DNA from: Sulfurimonas sp.
Lineage (GTDB): Bacteria; Campylobacterota; Campylobacteria; Campylobacterales; Sulfurimonadaceae
Length of the DNA stretch: 64,000 bases
Direction: 5' to 3'
Assembly: GCF_041563495.1 (NCBI RefSeq)
Contig: NZ_JBFFMZ010000011.1
Coordinates: forward strand, 11,108-75,107
The notes under the pieces are model-generated. The model saw only the letters and a program-made list of their open reading frames with translations, was not told the origin of the DNA and ran no database searches. Within the stretch, counting starts at the first letter, position 1, and every line of letters begins with the position of its first letter. Both the position numbers and the translations under genes were made by a program. Below, one piece after another: positions 57,004-64,000 of this stretch.

Positions 57004-59388
57004 TTATTGATTAGGCATATAATCTTGCATAAATTTCGTAAACTCATTCTTAGGAATAGGTTTTGAAAAATAGTATCCTTGAAGTTGGTCACAATACATG
57101 CTTTGGAGCAGTTTTACATGTTCTATGGTCTCCACTCCTTCTGCTACCGTGTTAAAGCCTAAAGAGTGAGCCATGGAGATAATTGTTTGGACAATTATTC
57201 TGTCTTCTTCGTCATCTATGATATCGAGTACAAAGGATCTGTCTATTTTTAATGTGTTAATAGGAAACTTTTTAAGGTAAGCAAGAGATGAGTGTCCCGT
57301 ACCAAAATCATCAATGGCAATAGAAACTCCGATCTTTTTTAATTCTGTGAGTATACGAAGAGTATTAGTCATATTTGTCATTGAGATAGTCTCTGTGATC
57401 TCAAACTCTATTTGTGATGGGTTAATTCTATATTTTTCTATCATGGATGTGGTAAAAGTCAGTAAACTTGAGTCTTGAAACTGTCTGGCAGAGAGGTTAA
57501 TTGCGATTCTAAGTCCTGAAAATCCAAGTCTGTTCCACTCCTGGAGCTGAAAGATAGATTCTTCAATAATAATGTTTCCAAGTTCAATCATCAAACCTGT
57601 ACTCTCGGCAATATGAATAAATTGATCAGGAAATATTATACCTTTTGTGGGATGATTCCATCTTGCAAGTGCTTCTGCACCGGATATAAAATTATTCATT
57701 GAATCGATTTTGGGCTGGTAGTAGACTTCAATCCCAGTTTTATTTTTAACCGCCTGAATAAGGTCTTGTTCCAGATGCAACTGCTGGTCAATATAGTTAC
57801 CCATGGATTTTGAATATATTCTAAAGTTGTTCCTACCGCTGTTTTTTGCCTCATACATCGCGGTGTCAGCATTTCTGATTAGCTCTTCGCTGTCTTCTCC
57901 GTGCTCTGGATATAGTGAAATTCCTATACTTGATGTGATGTAGAGTTGATGGTCACCTATGTCATGTTTGAGTTGCAGAGTCTTTTGAATTTTAGAAGCT
58001 ATTGTCTTTGCATCTTCATGAGAATTTACAGAAGGCATAAGAATAACAAATTCATCTCCACCGTGTCTTGAGAGTGTGTCTGACTCTCTGATATGAGTTT
58101 TTAAAATTTCTGCAATATAGATTAAAAGATCATCACCTACGCTGTGACCTAGAGTGTCATTGATAAGTTTAAAGTGATCAAGGTCTAAAAACATAACAGC
58201 CAGGTTTGTTTTTTCTCTTTTTGCATATTGGATTGCTTTATGCATCCTGTCTTTTAGAAGTGTTCTGTTTGCAAGACCTGTTAGAGAATCATAATAAGCC
58301 AGTTTCTCAATGGTCTTTTTGTTCTTTATGTCGTTAGTGATATCCATACTAACAGCAGTTATCCTTACATGCCCGCCTTGTTTTTTACGAACTTTTCCTC
58401 TGGTTTGCACATATATTTGGTTGTTGCTTTTAAGTGTAAGTGCATACTTGATATTAAATTTTGAACCATGTTTTATGGCATCTTCGAGTATTTTTATAAC
58501 TCTGTCATGGTCCTCTTGCGAGATAAAACTTAAAAAATCGTTCCATTCTATAGAGGTGCCGAATTTTACTCCCAATATACGATAAACTTCATCACTCAGC
58601 AAAAGAGTCTGATCAACCAGATTATACTCCCAGCTTCCTACTTTAGCGATTCTTTGAGCCTCTCTTAAGTGAGCCTCCTTTTGCAAAATCGCTTCATGCA
58701 ATTGTTGAGTCTTTACTATGTACTTATTGAGTTTAGCCACCATAATATTTGCGGATCTGTTAATTCTTCCAATTTCATCATTCGTTTTAGTGTCAAATAG
58801 TAAATTGTTTGGTTTGTTAGGATTGAACTTTTCAAAAGATGAAGCTAAAATAGTTAATCGTTTAAGAGCATTATATATGAAAAAACCAAGTACTATTATG
58901 GACATTGTAAATATAAATACTCCGCTACCAAACCAGAGATAGAAGTTTTTCATATATGTTTTATATGATTTATTTGAATAAACAAGAGTTATTTCTCCGA
59001 TTTTACTAGAACTTGCATGATCTATGATATCTTTTGTAGATACAAAATGTCCTTCATCACTTAACTCTTGTATGGATTTATTCAGTTTTGAAGAGATAAT
59101 TGCTTTTTCAGAGGTAATTGAGTCTATCTTCAAAAGCAGGATTTTTTTATTTTTGAGTTGATTTTTTATTATTTCTTGAAGCGCGTCATCAAGTCCATAG
59201 CTTAAGTTTAGAGCAATTGAGGGCATTATATTTTCTTCTATAGAGCTAATGTCTTCCTGTATAAGATAAGTGTATCCCTCAGAAAAAGATTGTTTGGCAA
59301 TAAAGACAATGAAGATTATAAATACAAAGGATGATAAAAAAAGAAAAAATAGAGTTTTAAATGTTAAAGAAGTAAAAGAAATTTTCAT
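57004..59388 (-). CDS. Membrane sensor (HAMP-like)-PAS-GGDEF-EAL protein
   Basis: Start moved to MKISFTS (ATG 59388). Two TM helices flank a periplasmic region. PAS domain. GGDEF domain (RHGGDEFVIL). EAL domain (GAEALARW, DDFGTGHSSL, QGYYFSKP). Confidence 0.85.
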   Translation of the reverse strand: MKISFTSLTFKTLFFLFLSSFVFIIFIVFIAKQSFSEGYTYLIQEDISSIEENIMPSIALNLSYGLDDALQEIIKNQLKNKKILLLKIDSITSEKAIISSKLNKSIQELSDEGHFVSTKDIIDHASSSKIGEITLVYSNKSYKTYMKNFYLWFGSGVFIFTMSIIVLGFFIYNALKRLTILASSFEKFNPNKPNNLLFDTKTNDEIGRINRSANIMVAKLNKYIVKTQQLHEAILQKEAHLREAQRIAKVGSWEYNLVDQTLLLSDEVYRILGVKFGTSIEWNDFLSFISQEDHDRVIKILEDAIKHGSKFNIKYALTLKSNNQIYVQTRGKVRKKQGGHVRITAVSMDITNDIKNKKTIEKLAYYDSLTGLANRTLLKDRMHKAIQYAKREKTNLAVMFLDLDHFKLINDTLGHSVGDDLLIYIAEILKTHIRESDTLSRHGGDEFVILMPSVNSHEDAKTIASKIQKTLQLKHDIGDHQLYITSSIGISLYPEHGEDSEELIRNADTAMYEAKNSGRNNFRIYSKSMGNYIDQQLHLEQDLIQAVKNKTGIEVYYQPKIDSMNNFISGAEALARWNHPTKGIIFPDQFIHIAESTGLMIELGNIIIEESIFQLQEWNRLGFSGLRIAINLSARQFQDSSLLTFTTSMIEKYRINPSQIEFEITETISMTNMTNTLRILTELKKIGVSIAIDDFGTGHSSLAYLKKFPINTLKIDRSFVLDIIDDEEDRIIVQTIISMAHSLGFNTVAEGVETIEHVKLLQSMYCDQLQGYYFSKPIPKNEFTKFMQDYMPNQ

Positions 59389-59488
59389 ATAAAACAACCT
59401 ATATTTATTAGATAGGATTATACTCTTTAATATATAAAAGAATTCTTTTTTGATATACTTATACAATAATGACACAATAGGAAATGCG

Positions 59489-59917
59489 ATGAGTTCAGCA
59501 CTTGATAGACTGAAAAATCTTACAAATAAAATCTCTTCTTATGAAACGGCAAGAAAAGAAAATTTAAAAAAACTAAAAAATTTATTTACTCAGATAGGAG
59601 TAAATGAAAAGGTAGAAGATTTTTCAGATTTGTTTGATTTTAAAGCTATCAATCTTTCAGGTGCTTCTCTTGCAAATGAGAGTTTAGGTGAGATTAAAAA
59701 AGGAAAATATCTTCAAATCCTTGCTATAAGCTATGATAAAAATGCAATTCAAAAGAGCAAAAACAGCTCTTTGGCATATTTTGGAAAAGTAGAAAATGTA
59801 GATAGCGCTTTAAAAGATATGGTTGTGGAGTTTATCATCAGATACAGGTTTGAGAAAAGTTTTATAACTCTTGAAAACTACTACGATATGATCGGCACGT
59901 TTGAGCCAGATGAGTAA
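59489..59917 (+). CDS. Hypothetical protein
   Basis: Start moved to MSSALDRL (ATG 59489, SD AGGA). First gene of a chain of overlapping ORFs. Confidence 0.5.
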   Translation: MSSALDRLKNLTNKISSYETARKENLKKLKNLFTQIGVNEKVEDFSDLFDFKAINLSGASLANESLGEIKKGKYLQILAISYDKNAIQKSKNSSLAYFGKVENVDSALKDMVVEFIIRYRFEKSFITLENYYDMIGTFEPDE

Positions 59918-60449
59918 GTTTTACTTTTTACTATGGCTTAGATGGTCTCTTAGAGTAACGCTTTGCAGTACTGTTTTTGCATCTGTACTCGCAGCTTTTG
60001 TTACACTCTACATTTATATAAGTCAAGGAATGCCGACCTTTGGCAGTGAAGTTGTTAAAGCACTTGTAGATGTTTTTATTTTTTGGTTTCCTATTTTTTG
60101 GAGTTTTACGCTGCTTTTAGCACTTTTTAGAAGCTTGAAGTATATTTTTAACACTTGCATCTCCGGATATGAACTTAAACTTTATACGTGTGATTTAAAA
60201 GAGTTGATAGATAATATCGGTTATGGGGACTTAGTAAAAGTTTGGAGAAAATGGTTCATGTTGATCATTTGGCTGGTTGGCTCTTTAATGGTCTTATCGT
60301 TAGCTTATACATATATATTTACATCTTACAACGGTGTGTTTGAATGGTTTGATATCTACTGGTTGTTTGGTTTTATTTTGATAAGCGGATATTTTTCGTT
60401 CATAATGATGTCAGCCAGATGCAAGAGAGTGAAAGTAGCAAAATGTTGA
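59910..60449 (+). CDS. Hypothetical integral membrane protein (about 4 TM helices)
   Basis: ATG 59910 overlaps the upstream stop by 8 nt. Hydrophobic segments rich in Trp and Phe. Confidence 0.5.
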   Translation: MSKFYFLLWLRWSLRVTLCSTVFASVLAAFVTLYIYISQGMPTFGSEVVKALVDVFIFWFPIFWSFTLLLALFRSLKYIFNTCISGYELKLYTCDLKELIDNIGYGDLVKVWRKWFMLIIWLVGSLMVLSLAYTYIFTSYNGVFEWFDIYWLFGFILISGYFSFIMMSARCKRVKVAKC

Positions 60450-61138
60450 TTTTTTTAGATGTAGAGACTACAGGTTTAGAAGAAAAAGACAGAGCATGTT
60501 CTGTTGGCATTATAAGCGTTGAAGATGAAAAAAACAGGACTATTTACGAACTGATAAATGAAGGCAAAAAAATCTTACCGCAGGCATCGAGCATAAATCA
60601 TATAACAAATGAGATGCTAAAAGACAAGCCCAACTTTAAAGAGAGCCAGGCGTATGAATTTCTTACAAGACATAACCGTGAAAGTACGACTATCGTGGGA
60701 CATAATGTAAAGTTTGATTTGGCAATGCTGGAAAAATCAGGCTTTGATTTTAAGGGCGAGATAATAGATACACTCAGGGCGACCAAGCATCTTATTCCTG
60801 AGTGCGAACAATTTTCTTTGCAGTTTTTAAGGTATGAGTTAAAACTTTACAAAAAAGAAAAAGAAGAGCTTCAAGCTCACCATGCCTTAAGCGATGCAAC
60901 GATAGTTAAAAACCTATATGAATACCTTTTAGAGATGAGTACAAAGGAAAGACTCGCAAATCTAAGTTTTAAAAAAGTGTTGATTGCAAAATTTGGGTTT
61001 GGAAAATACAGCGGTCGCTATATTGAGGAAATAAGTATGATTGATAGAGGATATTTAGAGTGGATGCTGAGTAATATTCTGGATTTAGATGAAGATTTGC
61101 GCTATAGTATCGAATATTATTTGGGAGAGATTTCATGA
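60443..61138 (+). CDS. DEDDh 3'-5' exonuclease (DnaQ-like) with C-terminal DUF3820-like domain
   Basis: Start MLIFLDVETTGL (ATG 60443, ATGTTGA overlap). ExoI DVETTG, ExoII GHNVKFDLAML, ExoIII HHALSDA. C-terminal FGFGKYSGRYIEEI..YLEWM. Confidence 0.8.
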   Translation: MLIFLDVETTGLEEKDRACSVGIISVEDEKNRTIYELINEGKKILPQASSINHITNEMLKDKPNFKESQAYEFLTRHNRESTTIVGHNVKFDLAMLEKSGFDFKGEIIDTLRATKHLIPECEQFSLQFLRYELKLYKKEKEELQAHHALSDATIVKNLYEYLLEMSTKERLANLSFKKVLIAKFGFGKYSGRYIEEISMIDRGYLEWMLSNILDLDEDLRYSIEYYLGEIS

Positions 61139-61503
61139 AAATAGCAGTTGAGTGCAAATCACCACTACTACAAAAATCATTAGAAATATTTTTATCTTCA
61201 CATCTTAGCTCTTTAAAACATTGTGACATAGTCGTTCGTGACTTTAAAGCACTTAACGATGAGAGAACCTTCTATATAGGAAAAGACAAAGAATCCGATT
61301 TGATTAAGCCTTTTTCAAAGTCAGCTCTTATCTTGGCATTGGAAAAAAGGTATGAAAGTATCAATCCTAAGCTTGAACAAAATTACGAATCCATAATCAG
61401 TGACTCGGATAACTTTGAGATACTAGAAAAACGAATAGATATACTTACTCAAGAGTACAAAGAAAATATTTTAAAGGCAGTTAGAGCATTTTATGAAGAA
61501 TAG
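61135..61503 (+). CDS. Hypothetical protein
   Basis: 122 aa. ATGA overlap with the exonuclease gene and an 11-nt overlap with rsmD. Confidence 0.45.
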   Translation: MKIAVECKSPLLQKSLEIFLSSHLSSLKHCDIVVRDFKALNDERTFYIGKDKESDLIKPFSKSALILALEKRYESINPKLEQNYESIISDSDNFEILEKRIDILTQEYKENILKAVRAFYEE

Positions 61504-62101
61504 TGGTAAAAGTAAATCCTTGACAAAAAAAATAATATCCGGAAAATTTAAAAACAAAGTTTTAAAACTCCCATCCAAAACAACTACGCGTTCATCTAAG
61601 TCAATAGTAGTAGAGTCTTTTTTTAATACGATACAGTTTGACATCATAGACGCTACTTTTGTTGAGGTATTCTCAGGAAGCGGTTCTATAGGACTTGAAG
61701 CACTTAGCCGCGGAGCAAAGAACATACTTTTTATGGAAAGAGACAGAGATGCGATTAAAGTCCTAAAAGAAAACATAGCAAATACGGACCCGTCTGCGTG
61801 TGAAGTGTTTAGCGGAGACAGTTTTACAAATATCAATGCGGTCATCTCAACTCTAAAAAGAAATAACAAAAAAGCATACTTCTACATCGACCCTCCATTT
61901 AGCATCAGAGAAGGCATGGAAGATATCTATGACAAGATGATTTCTATGATAGCATCTATACCTCCGGAGCTTACAGAGCTGATAATCATAGAACATATGA
62001 CAGGTCTGGAAATACCTGAGAATATAGGTGCATTCACAAAGAAAAAATCTAAAAAATTTGGAAATACTTCAATTACTTATTTTGAGGAAAATGTGGAATA
62101 G
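61493..62101 (+). CDS. rsmD: RsmD-family 16S rRNA (guanine-N2) methyltransferase
   Basis: 202 aa. IISGKFKNKVL..TRSSKSIVVESFFN, SAM motif VFSGSGSIGLEALSRGA, and the DPPF catalytic motif. Confidence 0.8.
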   Translation: MKNSGKSKSLTKKIISGKFKNKVLKLPSKTTTRSSKSIVVESFFNTIQFDIIDATFVEVFSGSGSIGLEALSRGAKNILFMERDRDAIKVLKENIANTDPSACEVFSGDSFTNINAVISTLKRNNKKAYFYIDPPFSIREGMEDIYDKMISMIASIPPELTELIIIEHMTGLEIPENIGAFTKKKSKKFGNTSITYFEENVE

Positions 62102-62109
62102 GAATTGCT
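62094..62109 (+). promoter_or_regulatory. Candidate sigma54 (RpoN) promoter for flgI
   Basis: TGGAATAGGAATTGCT matches TGG-N9-TTGC-W with correct -24/-12 spacing. It lies ~28 nt upstream of the flgI ATG, with SD AAAGGA between, and overlaps the rsmD stop codon. Confidence 0.55.
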
Positions 62110-62136
62110 GAGTAATAGCCAGTTAAAGGACTAGCT

Positions 62137-63183
62137 ATGAAAACAATTATTTTACTTTTACTTACTCTTACTTCTATTTACGCTACAAAAATCAATGATG
62201 TTGCCAACATCGTCGGTGTCCGTGAGAATCAGATTATCGGTTATTCACTTGTGGTCGGTCTTAAAAAAACCGGTGATGGAACTACTTCTAAATTCACGCT
62301 TCAATCAATCTCTAACATGTTAAAAGCCATGAACATTGATATGAACCCAATCGATATAAAATCAAAAAACGTTGCAGCCGTTGTTGTAACTGCAAACCTT
62401 AAACCGTTTGCCAGACAGGGTGATAAGTTTGACATTACTGTCTCTTCTATCGGAGATGCAAAGTCACTCGAGGGCGGAACACTTCTTATGACTCCTTTAA
62501 AAGGGGTTGATGGTAAGATATATGCACTTGCACAAGGTCATATAAGTATAGGCGGTAAAAATAGCAGAGGTGCAGGAAGTGAGTCGCATCCTACTGTAGG
62601 TATCGTTTTTGAGGGCGGTTTTGTAGAGCGTGAAATAAACATCGACCTTTACAATCAAGAGTACGCTACGCTATCGTTAAAAGAATCAAATTTTAAAAAC
62701 AGTGTTGCCATTCAAAAAGCTGTCAACGATTTTTACAACACACAAGTCGCAGTTGCGATGGACCCAAGAACAATAAAACTAAAATGCCCGCAAAACAGAA
62801 GTATGATAGAGTTTTTAGCAGAAGTTCAAGATATAGATATGAATTATAGGCCTAAAAATAAAATCATCATAAATGAGAGAACGGGAACTATAATTGCTGG
62901 TGTAAATATAGAGGTCAAACCAATAGTTTTGACTCATGGAGATATAACCATAAAGATACTATCTCAAAATACTCCGTCTCAGCCTGAAGGTTCTATGGCG
63001 GTAGATAAAGATTTGGTAATCGGATTAAATCAAAATGAGCTTTATACTACAAAGGGAACCACGACTGTGGCAAATATAGTTCGTTCTCTGCAAAAACTTG
63101 GAGCTTCTCCAAAAGATATTATATCTATCCTGGAAGCTATGAAAAGTGCTGGTAGTATCTCAGCAGACCTAAAAGTAATCTAA
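62137..63183 (+). CDS. flgI: Flagellar P-ring protein FlgI
   Basis: 348 aa. Signal peptide. Conserved RENQLIGYGLVVGL-type motif (RENQIIGYSLVVGLKKTGD). Confidence 0.95.
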   Translation: MKTIILLLLTLTSIYATKINDVANIVGVRENQIIGYSLVVGLKKTGDGTTSKFTLQSISNMLKAMNIDMNPIDIKSKNVAAVVVTANLKPFARQGDKFDITVSSIGDAKSLEGGTLLMTPLKGVDGKIYALAQGHISIGGKNSRGAGSESHPTVGIVFEGGFVEREINIDLYNQEYATLSLKESNFKNSVAIQKAVNDFYNTQVAVAMDPRTIKLKCPQNRSMIEFLAEVQDIDMNYRPKNKIIINERTGTIIAGVNIEVKPIVLTHGDITIKILSQNTPSQPEGSMAVDKDLVIGLNQNELYTTKGTTTVANIVRSLQKLGASPKDIISILEAMKSAGSISADLKVI

Positions 63184-63198
63184 GAAAAAGGAGACATC

Positions 63199-63501
63199 AT
63201 GTACGGTTCAAATTCTATAAATATGCAAGCTCAATATATGTCACAGAACCAAAGTGTTCCAAAGATAGACGCAAATGCAGAGGATAGTAAACTCAGAGAA
63301 CAGACAGATGCATTTGAATCAATAATTATCAAGATGGTCATGGATAATGCAATGAAAGATGAGAAAAATCTTTTTTCACAGGAAAATGATCCTGGAGATA
63401 AAATATACAAATCAATGTATAGAGATGAACTGGCAAAAGCAAGTTCTGGAGGCTTTGGGTTTTCTCAGATGCTTTTTGATTTTCTAAGTCGAAAAGGTTG
63501 A
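63199..63501 (+). CDS. Rod-binding protein (FlgJ N-terminal-domain-like)
   Basis: 100 aa. FESIIIKMVMDNAMK and GGFGFSQML motifs typical of the rod-binding domain. Sits in the flgI-flgJ-flgM position. Confidence 0.7.
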   Translation: MYGSNSINMQAQYMSQNQSVPKIDANAEDSKLREQTDAFESIIIKMVMDNAMKDEKNLFSQENDPGDKIYKSMYRDELAKASSGGFGFSQMLFDFLSRKG

Positions 63502-63519
63502 AGTTTTTTCTTTTTTTGT

Positions 63520-63536
63520 CGATATAGCTGTATAAT
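63520..63536 (+). promoter_or_regulatory. Candidate promoter elements upstream of flgM (sigma28-like CGATAT and/or sigma70 TATAAT)
   Basis: CGATAT at 63520-25 resembles the sigma28 -10 core. TGTATAAT at 63529-36 is a possible sigma70 -10. No clear -35 in either case. Confidence 0.35.
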
Positions 63537-63568
63537 GTAAAGTCTATAGAGACGATGAAGGATAGATT

Positions 63569-63775
63569 ATGATTTCTCAAATTAATAGTTCTGCGATTCG
63601 CAGTGCTTATGCCAGTAACTTTGGAGAGTCTAAAGAAACTGACAAAGCAACGACAAGTGTTTCAAAACAAGGCGATACGAGCAAGATAGAGCAGATAAAA
63701 GAAGCTCTTGAGTCTGGCGAGTATAAAATCAATCTGCAAGCTCTTTCGGAAAAGATAGCTGAAGAGTTGTTGTAG
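63569..63775 (+). CDS. flgM: Anti-sigma-28 factor FlgM
   Basis: 68 aa. C-terminal KIEQIKEALESGEYKINLQALSEKIAEELL is typical of FlgM. Confidence 0.7.
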   Translation: MISQINSSAIRSAYASNFGESKETDKATTSVSKQGDTSKIEQIKEALESGEYKINLQALSEKIAEELL

Positions 63776-63804
63776 GTTTACAATAAACAAGACAGGGGTT
63801 AAAG

Positions 63805-64000
63805 ATGTTGTCTCACCATTTAGAAAGTGCCTTAAAAGATTTAAGGGATTTAATTAAAATTACTGAGTCTGATATAGCAGATATTAAAGAAGCTAAGAAT
63901 GATCCGCAATTTGACAGGTTGTCGTTAAAAGAAGAGAAACTTAGGGGTTTTGAATCTAAAAAAGCTATGATTGATCATGAGATTTCATCTTTAATGACTG
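63805..64000 (+). CDS. FlgN-like flagellar chaperone, N-terminal part (runs off window end)
   Basis: ATG 63805, with an open frame to the window end (MLSHHLESALKDLRDLIKITESDIADIKEAK...). The call rests mainly on its position after flgM and its helical character. Confidence 0.4.
   Translation, partial: MLSHHLESALKDLRDLIKITESDIADIKEAKNDPQFDRLSLKEEKLRGFESKKAMIDHEISSLMT

Overview
AT-rich (roughly one-third GC by eye) chromosomal segment. Gene content and local synteny look like Campylobacterota (Epsilonproteobacteria), probably a free-living Sulfurimonas/Arcobacter-like organism; the taxon is inference only. Supporting synteny: rppH-lysC-hyp-holB-folP, rpmH-rnpA-yidD-yidC-jag-mnmE, cbpA-hspR, and rsmD-flgI-flgJ-like-flgM-flgN-like. 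Most of the window is housekeeping: purH, purL, ilvC, fba, pfkA, murA, clpB, rnr, greA, nth, cmoA, hup and PiT. There are no rRNA or tRNA genes, CRISPR arrays, transposases or integrases. The window is dense in c-di-GMP signalling genes: four GGDEF or GGDEF-EAL proteins, one HD-GYP and one HDOD. The least explained stretch is 11.6-17.3 kb on the minus strand. It holds a tightly packed operon of a minimal class III nucleotidyl-cyclase-like protein, an excisionase-type HTH/coiled-coil protein and a DUF342 (FapA-like) beta-helix protein. Next to that operon are an XRE-HTH plus small-protein pair and a NERD/P-loop NTPase whose start codon abuts the hup terminator. Other points of note: HspR-type (HAIR) operators over the clpB and cbpA-hspR promoters; a sigma54-type promoter for flgI inside the rsmD 3' end; two copies of a nested-hairpin intergenic element with compensatory stem changes; a porin/GGDEF-EAL operon; a small tetraheme cytochrome; and an OlsF-like bifunctional acyltransferase. 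All domain calls come from reading motifs by eye, and no database search was possible.
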